Shown here piece after piece: positions 50,701-63,400 of a DNA stretch of 64,000 bases. Within the stretch, counting starts at the first letter, position 1; every line of letters begins with the position of its first letter. The notes below the pieces were generated by a model. That model did not search any database. It saw nothing but the letters and a program-made list of their open reading frames with translations, and had not been told where the DNA came from. The translations under genes and the position numbers were made by a program. The stretch is from Endomicrobiales bacterium (GTDB lineage Bacteria; Elusimicrobiota; Endomicrobiia; Endomicrobiales; CAWCFT01). Location: the NCBI GenBank assembly GCA_963794945.1, contig CAWCFT010000001.1:160001-224000 (forward strand). Direction: 5' to 3'.

Positions 50701-51365
50701 ATATCGGCGTAGTTCCTGTCGTTTAGAAGATCGAATTCCAGCGACATCTTTTGGAAGTACTCTTCCTGCCACAGGTCATATATGTAATTATTGAGCACAG
50801 CGCCCGTGTTGCCGTCGTAATTATTACGTCCGATAGAATTTATAGCGCCTTTAAATTCGGGATAAACGCCGCTGTCAGGGTCAGGGTTGTCGCTATCCGA
50901 TATAACCAGCACATTATCTGCGCTCAGCAGCGCCACCTTCATCATGTCAAGGCTGTTGTTACCTTCATTAACGACCGAATATTTTGTCAATTCAGGATTA
51001 AGGTCATTTTTAAGCTCATCCGAAACGGGCGTGACTCCGGCCGCGAACGTGTCAGTAAAGAACGGGTAAACCAGAGAATTCAGGAATTTGTCATTTGAAT
51101 ATTCGTCCTTAAGTATCCGCGGGCAGGCGTAAGCCGTTTCTATGTTGTTCATCAGTACTACAAACGGCTCCAGCGCCTGTGCATTGAACCCGGCGGACTC
51201 AAGCGACTGCCTGAATTCCCTTTTCCCTTCCCTAAGCTCTTTGAGGACGGCCAGCGTCCCGCGGCCTAGAATAAGCATAGAGCTTTGTTTTATCATTGGC
51301 TGAGCGGGGTTATCCGGCTGGCGGACAAGATCCGCTATCGCCTGAGCTTTAGGTGTAGTTTGCAC
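47769..51365 (-). CDS. Degenerate 4-alpha-glucanotransferase-like plus amylo-alpha-1,6-glucosidase (GDE) domains; probable C-terminus of the giant protein
   Basis: SDAPLWF, TQMD, PRGGKPVEIQALFYNAL, TPYGLRSLSP, YQGAAWP, VPEVYSG; the reading frame stays open upstream past 51500. Confidence 0.8.
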   Translation of the reverse strand: MQTTPKAQAIADLVRQPDNPAQPMIKQSSMLILGRGTLAVLKELREGKREFRQSLESAGFNAQALEPFVVLMNNIETAYACPRILKDEYSNDKFLNSLVYPFFTDTFAAGVTPVSDELKNDLNPELTKYSVVNEGNNSLDMMKVALLSADNVLVISDSDNPDPDSGVYPEFKGAINSIGRNNYDGNTGAVLNNYIYDLWQEEYFQKMSLEFDLLNDRNYADMKDASLLAPAVTINTFSDIPEIAERLSKAGINTMILDPCFPAKQVDSQLYSSFSSYGFDLSRIDWAQEADRLGMGTAEAGRIKNILPNERPEGSKDADGLFENQFYAGIELYQMLARDKSSQKKFQAFERHAPWWNEIRDYSRYLAYQRITDQKLSSRATLEYWESHIDDAAKIKYDNYRAVYEYMNYVAYLQLKAAVGTVHKKIEGMKVLMDYTVLAGRDSCDVVFHPEHFKDNAGNLVSPFVNGQVRTETVLNNWHAMESLKFKPFKDNLEFWFKGFGFDGGRLSGMDAYSTVKETGFTPDILLSELADTIRGINHSALIIVEPYTGYTASAHVRRAKNIYATLNVSSENDISPQIVSNEAGNKGRLWVRLTGDISQNQIQNLLVDSLNKMGGSGVDSYVSFRVRSEDIINVSVPGKFNLISFMESLKASIMGPSSYNEARAFADGYSRGCAMPLKESEASALVDNGWQLSKALEYQVSKKGVFSEIYLALNRIGLTEKDAPALWNDIKSMQRRANSYHDTKDVLRANNELCGYIKGYVENAYYKNYVKSTGGHISQDSDILKKLLAEEDTYLLRDGKDSAHLTVEYAENGLGDMRAKLMGLSGALLSTGRYEEVKKILTYLAGLQNADGMIPGMIRQDGSGDYTSSDAPLWFIEVLNRYYCTAHDAAKNEYIREKLPVVNRIMQCYMKEAGAVHMDKNDHLVVVPDYSTQMDTQYGGRLTVPRGGKPVEIQALFYNALCAARDLNNVGGEPSLSNLYDELSLKTGRSINERYFGNGEIYPYDVLDGNASVKHDVRPHALLLISLSENDGLLSDERKDMIVNTVEKQLYTPYGLRSLSPDNENYYGAGEMATAAKEKRYTDYQGAAWPYFLSSYFYAKLSLVRNKSGSAYSSAKEELKRRLNNLLFVAKEGTVPEVYSGNAPYNAGEMSGPSVYSISGLIECMDIVDSDTPVKRYNVANRNNIRLDAIMGIITAG

Positions 51366-51478
51366 GTCATCAACAGCAATGGAAAGTATACCGGTTCTTT
51401 TTGTTATGCCGGCTTTGAACTTCTCTGCGTAGACAGTCGCGTTGACGCATGTATTGTTTACGTTAATTACTATATTGC

Positions 51479-54400
51479 CTACACTGAAAATGCCTTTGCG
51501 CTCGTATTGGCTGCCTCTTTTAAGAGAGTGATGCCCAACCCGCCCTTGTTTAGCGCGGCAAGCTCCATTATCTGCTTTTTGAAGGTCCCAGTCACTTCGT
51601 AAGAAACCGGCATGACACCTTTGTAATACATCCTGTTCTGTATTTCCTGACGCGTCAACGGAGTTACTATTCTCCCAATTTCCTTGACCGCCGCAAACGG
51701 GCTGGTGACACTACGAAGGGCTCTAATCTCGTTTTTGACAATATCATACCGGTCTTTAACCGGCGCCACCCGGGATAGCGGCGCCCTCGCAGCAACTATC
51801 TGCACCTGAGGCTTAACAACTTCCCAGTTCTTTTTTATGCGGTCGATCATATTTATATCCGCCAGGCTTGTTATCTGGCCGACAATATTTTCCCCAAAGC
51901 CCGACCTGTCAACCAATTCGTGAGCCTGTTGCAGGCTCATATTCTTTTGTGAGACAAAATATTCTTCGAGAAATTCATGCAGGGCAACCACAAGAGCCAG
52001 TGTCTCTCTCTCAATTCCTGGATAAGCGCCGAAAAATTTCTCGTGTATCAAGACATGCAGAACACCGGCTTGATCCCTGTTATATGTAACTAACCTGCCT
52101 AGATCGTAAAACTCGCCGGCCTTTCCACTGCCGTTAAATATTTTATTCTGCGGCAGCCCGCGAACGATATCGATCTGGACTTTATCCAGATAGCCGTTGA
52201 GCCATTTCTGCCCTGTAATATACTTTTTCAGGCTTTCGTCGTTTTGTACCGACATACCGGCCCCGTTGAATATTTCCAGGGCGGTTTCATGCGCCATTGT
52301 GAACCCTTTAGCTGGCACGTCCTCTGCGCGTTTCACGACTTCCTTATCGCCTTCAACCGCCTCGGGCACTGAGCTGATTTTAGCTTTTATCTTTGACTCT
52401 AATCCCAGAGCCATAATCCACGGTGTCCAGTCGAAAAAACCATAAAATGAAGCTGTATGTATATCATCAGCGTCCTTAGCGGGCGTTTCATGTACGCTAC
52501 CGCGCGTGATATATGTTTCTTGAGGGTGCGCCATATAAACCCAGAAATCAAAAGGCATGGAGTTCCCGTTGTCATAACGTTTATTATAATTATCGAACAG
52601 TTTGAGCATAGGGTCGCGGTTTAATTTATTTGGGAACACGTTGCGGGAAATGAGAGACTTGTACATTTTGTTGAAGCCCTCGTGTTTGAGCAGGATGAGC
52701 GGGTTAAATACGTCCTTGGTCATACTGAAACCCCTAGGCTCTTCGCTCAATAGATCCGTAAATTCGTCTTCGTTCTCTTCTTTATCAAAACTGAAAAGCG
52801 TTATGCCGCTCAGAACAGGCATCTGCCGTTTCTTGGAGTTGGTTCTATCATATACTCCTGTCAACATATGGCGTTCCAGCTTATCATTTATCTCTTCAAG
52901 CTTGAAATCATGGTAAAGCTTTTTTATACGTCCGTCGAAGGATTCAAGCACAAGTTTTAGCTTCTGGTCTTCTACCTGGTTAAAATTTGCCCAAGACCCC
53001 ACCAGTGTTATCTCCCCGCTGCGCTTTACCGGGCCCGTGTATTGAAGTTCAACGTCAATAAATATCTTGCCGCCGCGCTTTTCTTCCGCAAGCATACGGG
53101 AGGCTTTATAGCCGTTCATAAGCTGATATTCTATGTTCTTAATATCATTGCCGCTAGGCAACTTTATTTTCTTCGTGCCTGGTATAGATACGGCGCTGGT
53201 AATACTGTGCCACTCGTTTGCGCCCGTGACAAGTATAATAGCGCGGCCGTTCTTCTTAACAGCGGGATAATTCTCAGCCAGGTAACGGTACGCTTCAGCA
53301 TACGCCGCGCCGTCATTTCCTTCATACGGTATTACCTTAAACGGCACATCATTCCTGATAAACCTGTCGCTGCCAGCTGAAAACAGTTGCTCATATTTAT
53401 TGACGTTCTCACTAACTGCCATTATAAGAACAATATCAGCGCTGGGTTTTTCCGATGCCATCTCCTGTTCCCAGGACTTTATAGTGTCTTCATACTCAAT
53501 CCTACGGAACCGTTGCGTGTAGTCTCCCGTAACAAACCCCTCGGTCGCATTATCGATCCCTTTTAATTTGAGCTCATAATGTGTATCGAGGCCTTTAAGG
53601 ATGCAATACCACGAGATACCGAGCGACATAAAACCGAACACGATCAGCGAGATAATAAAGCTGGTAGGAATGCCCGTGTGAAGCAAAGCAATATCCAAAA
53701 TCGAGTACAGGAACACCAGCAGGCCCAATATTCTCGGCAGCGCCCTTCTCAAAGGCCAGCGTTTTCCTATACCTATGGCATTAGATTTATCTGCATGTTC
53801 AATCGAGTCGGCATACTTGTCCGCTTCCTGGATTGTCTGTTCAGGAATATCATATAGTCCGGGGTCTATTGCGTTGCCTATTCCGACAATTTTTCGCACA
53901 CGGTCCTTTGCCCCGAAAGAAGACGATGCCAACCCAAACGAGAAACCGAACCAGAACCTCATAAAACTCATTAAACCGGATGTTTCCAGAAATTTTCCAT
54001 GAGGCATGAAATAGCCTGACATCACGCCAATATTATCAAGCGATGATACCGCACCCATATAATTAACCGCATATTTTGATATTGAATTAAATTCTGCTAT
54101 TATAAGGCCGATCTTCTCCTTTTTTTTCACGTCATTTTCGGGAATTATTTTATACGTTTTTTTTAAAGAATCGATCGTTTCCATTGAACGCTTTTCTAGC
54201 TTGTCGTAAATCCAGTAAAGATTAGCAAGGTTACTCTTAGCTTTCTCCATTTTGAAAGGCGTTAGATTCATGATCAGTTTTACTTTATTTCTGGCCATGA
54301 CAGCGTCATCTTCAGTAAAATTATCCTTTTTTGCCTGCGTGAGACAGTCCAATTCATCGAGATATTTTTCAGCATTTTCGTACGGGGTCATAAGCTCATC

Positions 54401-57400
54401 GTGGCTTGGAGATCCGCCATCAACATTTTCAGGCCTCTTAGGATTCGCCTTATCAACATTATCGACAGGCGTATTGTGCAGGGCTCTGCCGTTTGTAATG
54501 TATGTCTCATGAAGATGAGGCATGTACAGCCAAAACTCGAACGGCACTGAGTTGTCTTTAGCATACAGATTATCATAGGTATCGAGAAGCTTCAGCATTG
54601 GATCGCGCTGTTCTTTATTAGCAAAAATATTCCTTGAGATCAGTGACTTGTACATTTCCTTGGAACCTTCGCGTTTAAGGAGTATCAACGGGTTTACTAT
54701 GTCATTTGTGAGACTGAAATCTTTCGGTTCGTATCTAAGCAGTTCAATAAATTCCTGTTCTTTTTTATGTGTGTCGAAACTGAAAAGCGTTATACCGCTT
54801 AAAACAGGCATCTGCCGTTTTTTTATGTTCGACTTATCGTAAACCCCGGTCAGCATATGGCGTTCTAACTTATCGTTTATATCTTCAAGCTTGAAATCCT
54901 GGTAGAGTTTGCGTACATGTCCATCATTCATACCTAGCACGAGCTTTAAGTTCTGGTCTTCTACCTGCTTATAATCCGCCCAGGACCCGACCATCGTAAT
55001 TTCGTCGCGGCGCCTTATAGGGCCTACATAGTGAAGCGCCGCGTCAACGAATATTTTTCCTCCGCGCCCTTCATCTGCAAGCGCCTTTGCCGCCCTGTAT
55101 CCGTTCATCAGCTGAAACTCTATATTATTGATATCTTCCTTATCGGGCAGTGTTAGATCGTCTATTCCCGGCAATGATACAGTGTTAGTAACACTGTCCC
55201 AGTCATCTTTCCCTGTAATCAGGATTATTGAACGGCCAAATTCATTTGAACCTGGATATGCATCGGAAAGATAGCTGAAAGCCTCACAGTATGCCGCGCC
55301 ATCATTGCCGTTGTACGGGACAACCTTGAACTTGGTATCTTTTCTCACGAATTTGTGACTTTTTTCTTTAAATAGCTCCTCATATTTTCCAACCATACTC
55401 TGTTCTGCCATGACAAGAACTATATCCGCGTTTGGTTTTTCAGAATCCATTTCCTTTTTCCATGTTCTTATGGCGGTCTTGTATTCCATGTCCCTGAATT
55501 TGTCTTCGTGATTATCCGTCATGTAACGTTTCAGGTTCTTATCGATGTTTATTTTTTGATGCTCAGAATATTCATCCACCAGGCCTCTCCAGACCAGGAA
55601 CAATGAAGCACCCGCCGATATACCTATGCCGCAGATGAGGCCCCTGACAAGGTCTAACGTTATCTCTGAGCTTATGAACGCGAAAGAGAAAACAGAAAAA
55701 AGCAGAGTCAATACTCCGATTATCCTGGGCACCGCCCTTCTAAATTTCCAGTACTGCTTGATACCGAAAGATGGGACTTTTTCCTGTTGCACGATCGAAT
55801 CCGCATAATTATCGGTGTCCCGTATAGTATTCTCCTGGTCATCGTAGAGTTCGGGGTCTATTGCATTACCCAGCTTTACAAGTTTTCGCACACTGCTTTT
55901 CATTCGCCCAGATGACACTCTTATGCCTAACCAGAAACCATAAACAATCCTTACAACCGTCATAACAGATATTTTTAATAAGGGCAGCCTTTTTTCAAAT
56001 ATATTATCCTTGTTCATCACGTAATTCGACATCAAGTTCAAATTATCCTGTGATGAGGCTATGTCAGCGTAATTAGAGGCATACTGCGCTATATCGCCGA
56101 ACTCCGAAAGAACAAGATTTAATTCTTCTTTCTTTTCCTCATCGTTGTCAGGTATCTTGCTCTCAGTGAGCTTAAGGATACGCATCGTTTCCAACGACAG
56201 TTTGTACATGTTTCCGTAATTCTTATGCAGCCCTAAAAGGTTCTTATTGGCTTTTTTTACCTCAAACGGCGTAAGATTTATTATCTTCATCGCTTTATTC
56301 AACAAATCGTCAATATCCTGTCCGGAGAAACCGGTGGTTCTGCGTATATTAAGCATGGCTTCCCATTCATCAAGAAGTTTTTCAGATTTCTCTATAGGCG
56401 TAAGTATATCTCCGTTCAGCCCTTCGTTTACAAGACTATTTCCGTTACCATTCGATGCTCCATTGCCGCTTTCGTTGGTTACTTGCGCTTTGTCATCGTT
56501 AGCTTTTTCAGAACCCTGGTAATCAATAGTGCCGCTTGCTTGTTGCTGTGTTGTTGCATTAGATTTGTACAAAGCATCGTTTTTCTTTTTGCGGTACAGC
56601 TTTATGAATACAGACGGCAAAACGAAAGCTGCTGACAGGACAGAAAGTATCAAGGCCCACGAAAGAGCAGGTGTTGTGTAATACTTCGGCAGTACATCTT
56701 TGCCTTCCCTAAGGGACCGGTATATCATCATTAATTCAGGAGGGCCTTTTTTATAAGTAAAAGAACCTGTATTCTTATCTATGATTATATCCTTTGCATG
56801 ATATATCATCGCCAATATGGCATCATACGCCCTGAGAAAAATCCTGTCTTTATGCGGGAGCGGATAATATTCCTGGACCTCATCCCTTTTTAGCTCATTT
56901 TGCCCCTGGAAAATAGGCGCCCGGTTAATATCAACAAGATCATTTTTCCACGGCCCTGTAAGTTTAAAATAGACCGGATAATCAACCCCGTGGTTTACAG
57001 CTCCAAGCTTTCCTGTTGTACCGCGTGTATACCCGTGTTCTACGGTTTGGCCGTTATTTAATTCATACTTGATATTGATCTTTCTTTCTGTTGTAACAGC
57101 ATTTATATCCTCCGACGCGACCAAACGCAGCCCGGCAATGTCGTTGAGGTACAATGACATCCCTAGATATTTCTCCGGAATGATATTGCCGCTTCTATCA
57201 CTGGATGTTTCATACACCATACCGACAAACAGGTTCTCGGCCGGTATTACAATATCGGGTACAGCATTGTCTTTACTGTTCGTTTTGACTAGCCTAGCTA
57301 TCTCATCGCGGACCCTTTCTACTTCTTTTATTATACCTTGCTCACCCTGGCTAATATGTTTACTGTTCTTTAACTCATTGTAATTGAACATCCTTTCAGT

Positions 57401-60400
57401 TTTTGTTCTCAGTGTAACAGGCGCGCCTGTGGGATTAATATAGTCCGCGGTGTTCTCAAGGGGAAGGCCTGTCTTTTTTTCGTCGTACGCAAATGAGGTT
57501 TTCAGCAGGCCGTATGCCGGTTGCATCCATTTTTGATATCTCAACTCCTGGGACACCGGTTTCCATGCTCCAAGGATATTCTTCAGCTGCTGTTTGCTGT
57601 CAAAATAAGGCATTCTGATGCCGTTATCGGTACGATAAACTGTTTCAGTCCTGTAGACATAATTAGGCTGGGGATAATCAATATCAACTTTATATGTAAC
57701 TGTCTCCTTGTTACTAGGCACCCTGGTCCCGTCATACTTATAACGGTATTCTCTAATTGTCGCCGTATTAGCCCCTTCCGCGGGCGGGCCGTTCATAAAC
57801 AACAGTGTGTAATCCTCTGCACGTATTTCAGCAGTTAGATCATGCTCGCCGTAATAGTGCGACACCTGGTGCAATTTATTGTCACTGCTGTTGAAACCGG
57901 ATTCCGTGAGACTAACTCTCACTTTTGATTTGTTCCCTGAAAAATTTCCCTTTGAAAGATCGCCTGCTGAGAACACCTCGTCTTTGACTATGGGCCCGTC
58001 ACGCCAGAGAAAGTCCTTATTTTCGAAATGTTTGCTGTTCGAATTGGGATATATAAGCTCCAGGCCCCAGGATCTATTTTTTTCATCGAACCTAACGGTT
58101 CCGGTTGTCTTCACGGTATTTCGCGATGGACTTGACCACGTTGTCATAGTTTCCACCGGCCCGCCGCGGTATTTCAGCGCCTGTTCGGACACATCTCCGT
58201 TCGCGTATGTATAGGTATTCTTATTGCCGTTATTCTGCATTGAATAAATATTGACACCACTAATGTCCGAGGCTTTGATCTCTGCTGGAATATCACCCGG
58301 ATAAGCCATAGTGTGGATCTCGGATACTCCGTTATAGTAATCCAGCTTATATTCGGTCCCGGAAGCATTGAGCCTTGTTTTGTTCACTATTACAAAATCG
58401 TCCGGCCCGGTTTCTCTTGATTCATTCAACACACCGCCGTAAAATTCATATTGCTCGGCTCTGTTGTTTTTTGTTTTAGGATACTCAGATACCATTATAG
58501 CGGTCCCATCATCATTTATATAAAGATGCTCTTTACATTTAATATCGCGCGTACTGTTTAGATCGTTGGCTGAAGGCGTGAATGTTGTTTTCTCGTTTAT
58601 CGGCCCGCCTATGTAAAGCGCGTGCTGGTCCATAAGCTCTTTTGTGTCGTAATTAAACCCGTTGAACGTTATACCATCGTTAGAGTTCAGAACAGTGACC
58701 GGCTCTTTTGTTGTTTTGTTTCTGGTCTCGATCCATTGCGTGTAGCCGTCCCTGTGAGCGCCCCTGCTCTCTTCTGTTTCAGTGCCAAGTTTGTCGTTAA
58801 CCGTTAATACTGAGAAATACACTTCCCCGCTCTTGTTATTTTTAAAACCATAATCTGTTCTTGAGGTTCTTTTATCATTAAAATATTTTTCTTTCGATAC
58901 CACGGAACCGCAGAATCCGTTCAGGTATTCAACAGCGGTTTCCCCGTCTGCCTCCTCTACACGGTTGCAAATGGTGCCGTCAGCAGACCGTGCGTTTAAA
59001 GCTTTTTTCTCAACGAATGTTCCGTTATTGCTGGTTGTTACAGATTCATGCGGGGTCATATCAGTATTAAGAGTAATGTTTTCTTTTTGGCCCAACAGTT
59101 TATACTCGACGGTTTTGTAATAATCCCCAGCGGAATTAATCAACGGCTTATTATTCTCCGCTAAACCGGTAGTTACTGACAAAGTTCTTCCGTCAGCTAG
59201 CGTTTTTGTGAAATTTCCAGCATTAAACAGGGGATTGATAAATCCATTCTCTATCCATTCAACAAACCTGTTTTCCCTGCCTTCGGCATCTTCCCTGTAT
59301 TTAACCGTGCTGACAGTATTTCTCATGCTTGTATAATCTATGTCGGATATTTCCGTCATATATAGCGGGTATTTATAAGCCTTATCGTAGGCTGAGTATG
59401 CTCTTGATAAATCAGCTCCCGTAACTATATCTCTTTCACCTCTTGTGTTTATTTGTTCAGTAATATCTCTGCGCAGATACGACTGTTTTAATGACAGGCC
59501 TTCCACGGCCCCATAAGAGGTCACAATGATAGGCCTGTTTTTTTGGTCGTATATTGTAAGTTCGTTTTCCTTAGTCCGCTGGTTTATCCAACCGCCTTCA
59601 TTCGGACGTTTGTCGTCATACTCCCTTACAAACGAGCGAAGATAAGTATTATCCCCGGGCGCGTATGTTTCCGAATATATCCTGTTGCTCTTGAAATCGT
59701 ACTTATTCGCCTGTTCATTCCCCGTGATGATATTCATGGTTTTAATGTCTTTATTACCATTCATATTATCTTTTGTTTCTGTACGGGTATTACTGTAACG
59801 CGCCTGCTCTGTTATAATTGTGGCGATCAATGCGCCCGCCGGCCCGGTGATTTTGCCTTCAAATTTAATATTATCCGGATTAGGGCTTACATCGTTCCAT
59901 TCCTCATGAAGGCCAGTTACTTTATTGTCTTTTGTCGAAATGATGCGGTCGTAATATCTCGAATCGTAGATATAGGTGTTCTCAAAAACAGGGTTTTGCC
60001 CCCGGTTCCCGGTCTTTTCGTCCCAGAGATACATTTTGCTTTCCATATTGTCCCGGCCTTCAAAGACCTCTATAAGCGGCGCTCCATAATCAGTTGAATA
60101 GAATATTTTGCTTACCGGCATTTCGTCTTCGAGGCGCCACAGGTACGTTTCTGTTCTGTCGATCAAGCCAGCTTTATAGTAATATTTCGTATATGTGTCA
60201 TCCTCATTTTCTCTCTTTACGAATGTTTCTTCAAAATTTTTGTCTTTGTCGGTATGTTGATATACTTCTCCGTAACGTATCTCCCTGTGCCCCGGCAGGA
60301 ATTTCGTGCCTTTAACATCGATCCATCTCATCGAATCTCCGGGGCGTTCGATCCTGTATGTTTTTTCTCCTACTATCCTGCCTATGGATCCCGGCTTTAA

Positions 60401-63400
60401 GCCGTCAATTGAAGATTTTGAAATAGCCGCATCCGTAAACTCATACAGGAGCGCGTGGGCTGTGCCGTCCTTTTGCGAATAATCATATATTTCTATATTC
60501 GGAATTATGTTGTCATTAATGACCCTAAACAGCCTCGAACCGTTCACCGATGTAGCTATAAGTTCCAGTATTTTGCCTTCGCTGTCACGCTTAGTTTCTA
60601 CAGCGTAAACATCTTTCCCGATACTTGACCCGAATTGTTTCACAGAATTGTCGGCTAATTCGTTCTGGCGGATCTTCTCCCAGTCAATAATACCGTCTTC
60701 ACGGTATTTAATCGTAGCGGTGGTTTTCTTCATCGAATTATAATCCATGGCGGATATTTCAGTTTTATAAAGCGGCTTACTTTTGGATTCATCGGAGATC
60801 GAATACGTTACAAACACATCCGCGCCGGTAAGAACATTTGTTTCTCCGTATGTCCTGGTCCCTTCTGTAACATTTTCCCGCGTATACGCTTGTTTCATAG
60901 TCTGGCCGTTAACCGCTCCGAGTGAAGTTTTTAAAATGTTATTCTTCTTGTCGTAGGTTAACTGTTCCGATTCTATTGTACGGAGATTTATAAGCCCTGT
61001 TTCGCTGGGACGCTTATCGGCATACTCCCTGACCAACGTGCGAATATAGGTATTATCCCCGAACCCGCCTGTCTCTGTATATATCCTGTTGCCCCTGAAA
61101 TCGTACCGTTTTAAGATATCTTTTCCTGTCTCTAAATTTACGGTCTTTATATCCTTTGTCGCGGCAAGAAGGTCTTCGTTGGTATCAGTGCGCTCTTCGC
61201 TGTAACGCGCCTGGGTTGAAGTTTTTACAGCTACTGCCTTACCGTCAGCCGACGTTATCTTTCCTCTATATTTAAAGACTGACCCGTCAGGGCTAACGTC
61301 ATTCCAATCCTCATGAAGGCCGGTGGCGTTATTGTCCCTTGTTTTCAGTATACGGTTATATAACCCCGAATCGTAAGTGTAAGTGTTCACATAAACAGGA
61401 TCCTCTCCGCGCCTTCCCGCGGCTTCGTTCCAAAGATATACTTTGCTCTGCATGCCGTTTTGGCCTTCAAATATTTCCACAAGAGGAACACCGAACTCAG
61501 AATAGTGGAATATAGTGCTGAGCGGCATATCCGCTTCAAGCTGCCACAGGTATGTCTCTTCTCTATCCGCTATGCCGTCTTTTATAAAAGATTTCGTATA
61601 AGACCCGTCATTGTTCTCTTTCCTCGTGAACGTCTCTTCAAATTTTTTATCTCCCTCAGTCTGCAAATATGCGTCTCCATACCGTATCTCCCTGTGGCCT
61701 GGCAGGAACTTTGTGCCTTCAACATCTACCCACCTCATCCAGTTGCCGCGTCGTTCAATAGTGTATGTTTTATCGCCCACTATCCTTCCTATCAGGTCAG
61801 GTTTCATTGATCCTGACTTGCCAATTATCCATGACCCCAACGCCGCGTCATCGCACTTGAACTCATAAACAATGGAATGCGCCGTATTTTCTCCGCTGCC
61901 GTGCGGGAAATCAAATATTTCCAAAGTCGGCATTACGTTATCATTTGATATTTTAAATACTTTTGAGCCTTCATGCGATATGCCTGTAAGCTCCAGTATT
62001 CTGCCTTGTTTGTCTCTCAATGTTTCTACTTCATACACATCTTTGCCCAGGCTTGCACCAAACTTTTTTACCGCGCCGCAAACTTCATCGCTAACGCGGT
62101 AGGTATAATCGGATACGCATTTTCCAAGCCTCAACTCGTCCCAAGCGGACCGCATTATATTGTCCCATACAGTTTTACTGTCAGATCCGGGTGAGCGCCC
62201 CAGGGCCTCTTTGTACCGCGCCACAAGCTGCCGGGCATAATAGGTTACTTTCCAATCCGAATAATTATACTTGAACTCTTCCCTGAAATTATCCCTTAAC
62301 ACCTCGGTTGCAGCCCCGTTCTCGAACCGTTTCTGTTCCAGGAATTGTATAAACATACTTTCAAAAGCTTCCGTGCCTTCCTGCGGCGGCCTGAGCTCGG
62401 CTTGAAGCTCGGGGCTGCTTTCCAATATCCGTTTCACTTCTATTTTTGCGTCCAACAGCTGGGCTATGTCTTTATCCGTGTAACCGGCCGCAATGAGAGC
62501 CGAATAAGAATTTATTTCTTTTGTATCCATATCGCCCGTTCCTAGGAGCCGGCCCCTGTACCTTTCTATTTTTGCTTTTAGCGTTTCTGCTTCAGTTTTC
62601 GCTACTGAGAACTGGTCCAGGCTTTGATACTCCGCCAGATAGCCTGGTTTGTTCTGCAGAGACCTCTTAAGGACCGAAATTATCTCGTCTCTGCGGGTTT
62701 TATCCGATATTTCTTTTGATGCGTTTATTACATCTTTTACGTATTCCCTTTCAGTTTTGTTCACGATCTCTTTTTTTGTTTTCATTTCCGCCTGCGCTTG
62801 GACGGCATTGAAATAGCCGGAGTTATCATTTATTGTTTTCGCGAGCGTGTAGAGGTTTTTTTCTATGTTCTGCATATAAGGGCTTGCGCTGCCGAACTTG
62901 AAGTCCGGCGGTATGCAAAGTAGCTGTTGCATGAGGTTATCCTGGCTGAGCAGCTGGGCTTTGCGCGCCACGTCCGGCGTGACGTCAGCTTGCATGCTCA
63001 AGTCCATAGGATTCATCACCCTGCCCGTCTCTATTGCTGTGCCGTTTCCCGTGTTCTTTTCCTTGATGATATGGAATAATACACCAAGAGATACTCCCCA
63101 GGTATGCGAATTGCCGATACTGACGCCGTTCGGGTCAGCCTTCATCTGCAAAGAGTAATCTCCCAGATTCTTGCCGGGATGGTTATATTCAGCGCCCGAA
63201 CTCACGGTGCCCTGTTTGCCATCTTTGACCCCGCCACCTAAAGAAAGCGCGATATTCTTGCTGGGATTAACAAAAACCTCGCCATTAGCGGTATATTTGT
63301 TGGCTCCTGAAAAACTATTTATATTCTGAGTGTATTTTAGGCCTATATTATTTACCATGGCGCCTGCCCAAACTTGTCCCTGGCCGGCTGCTTTCACGCT

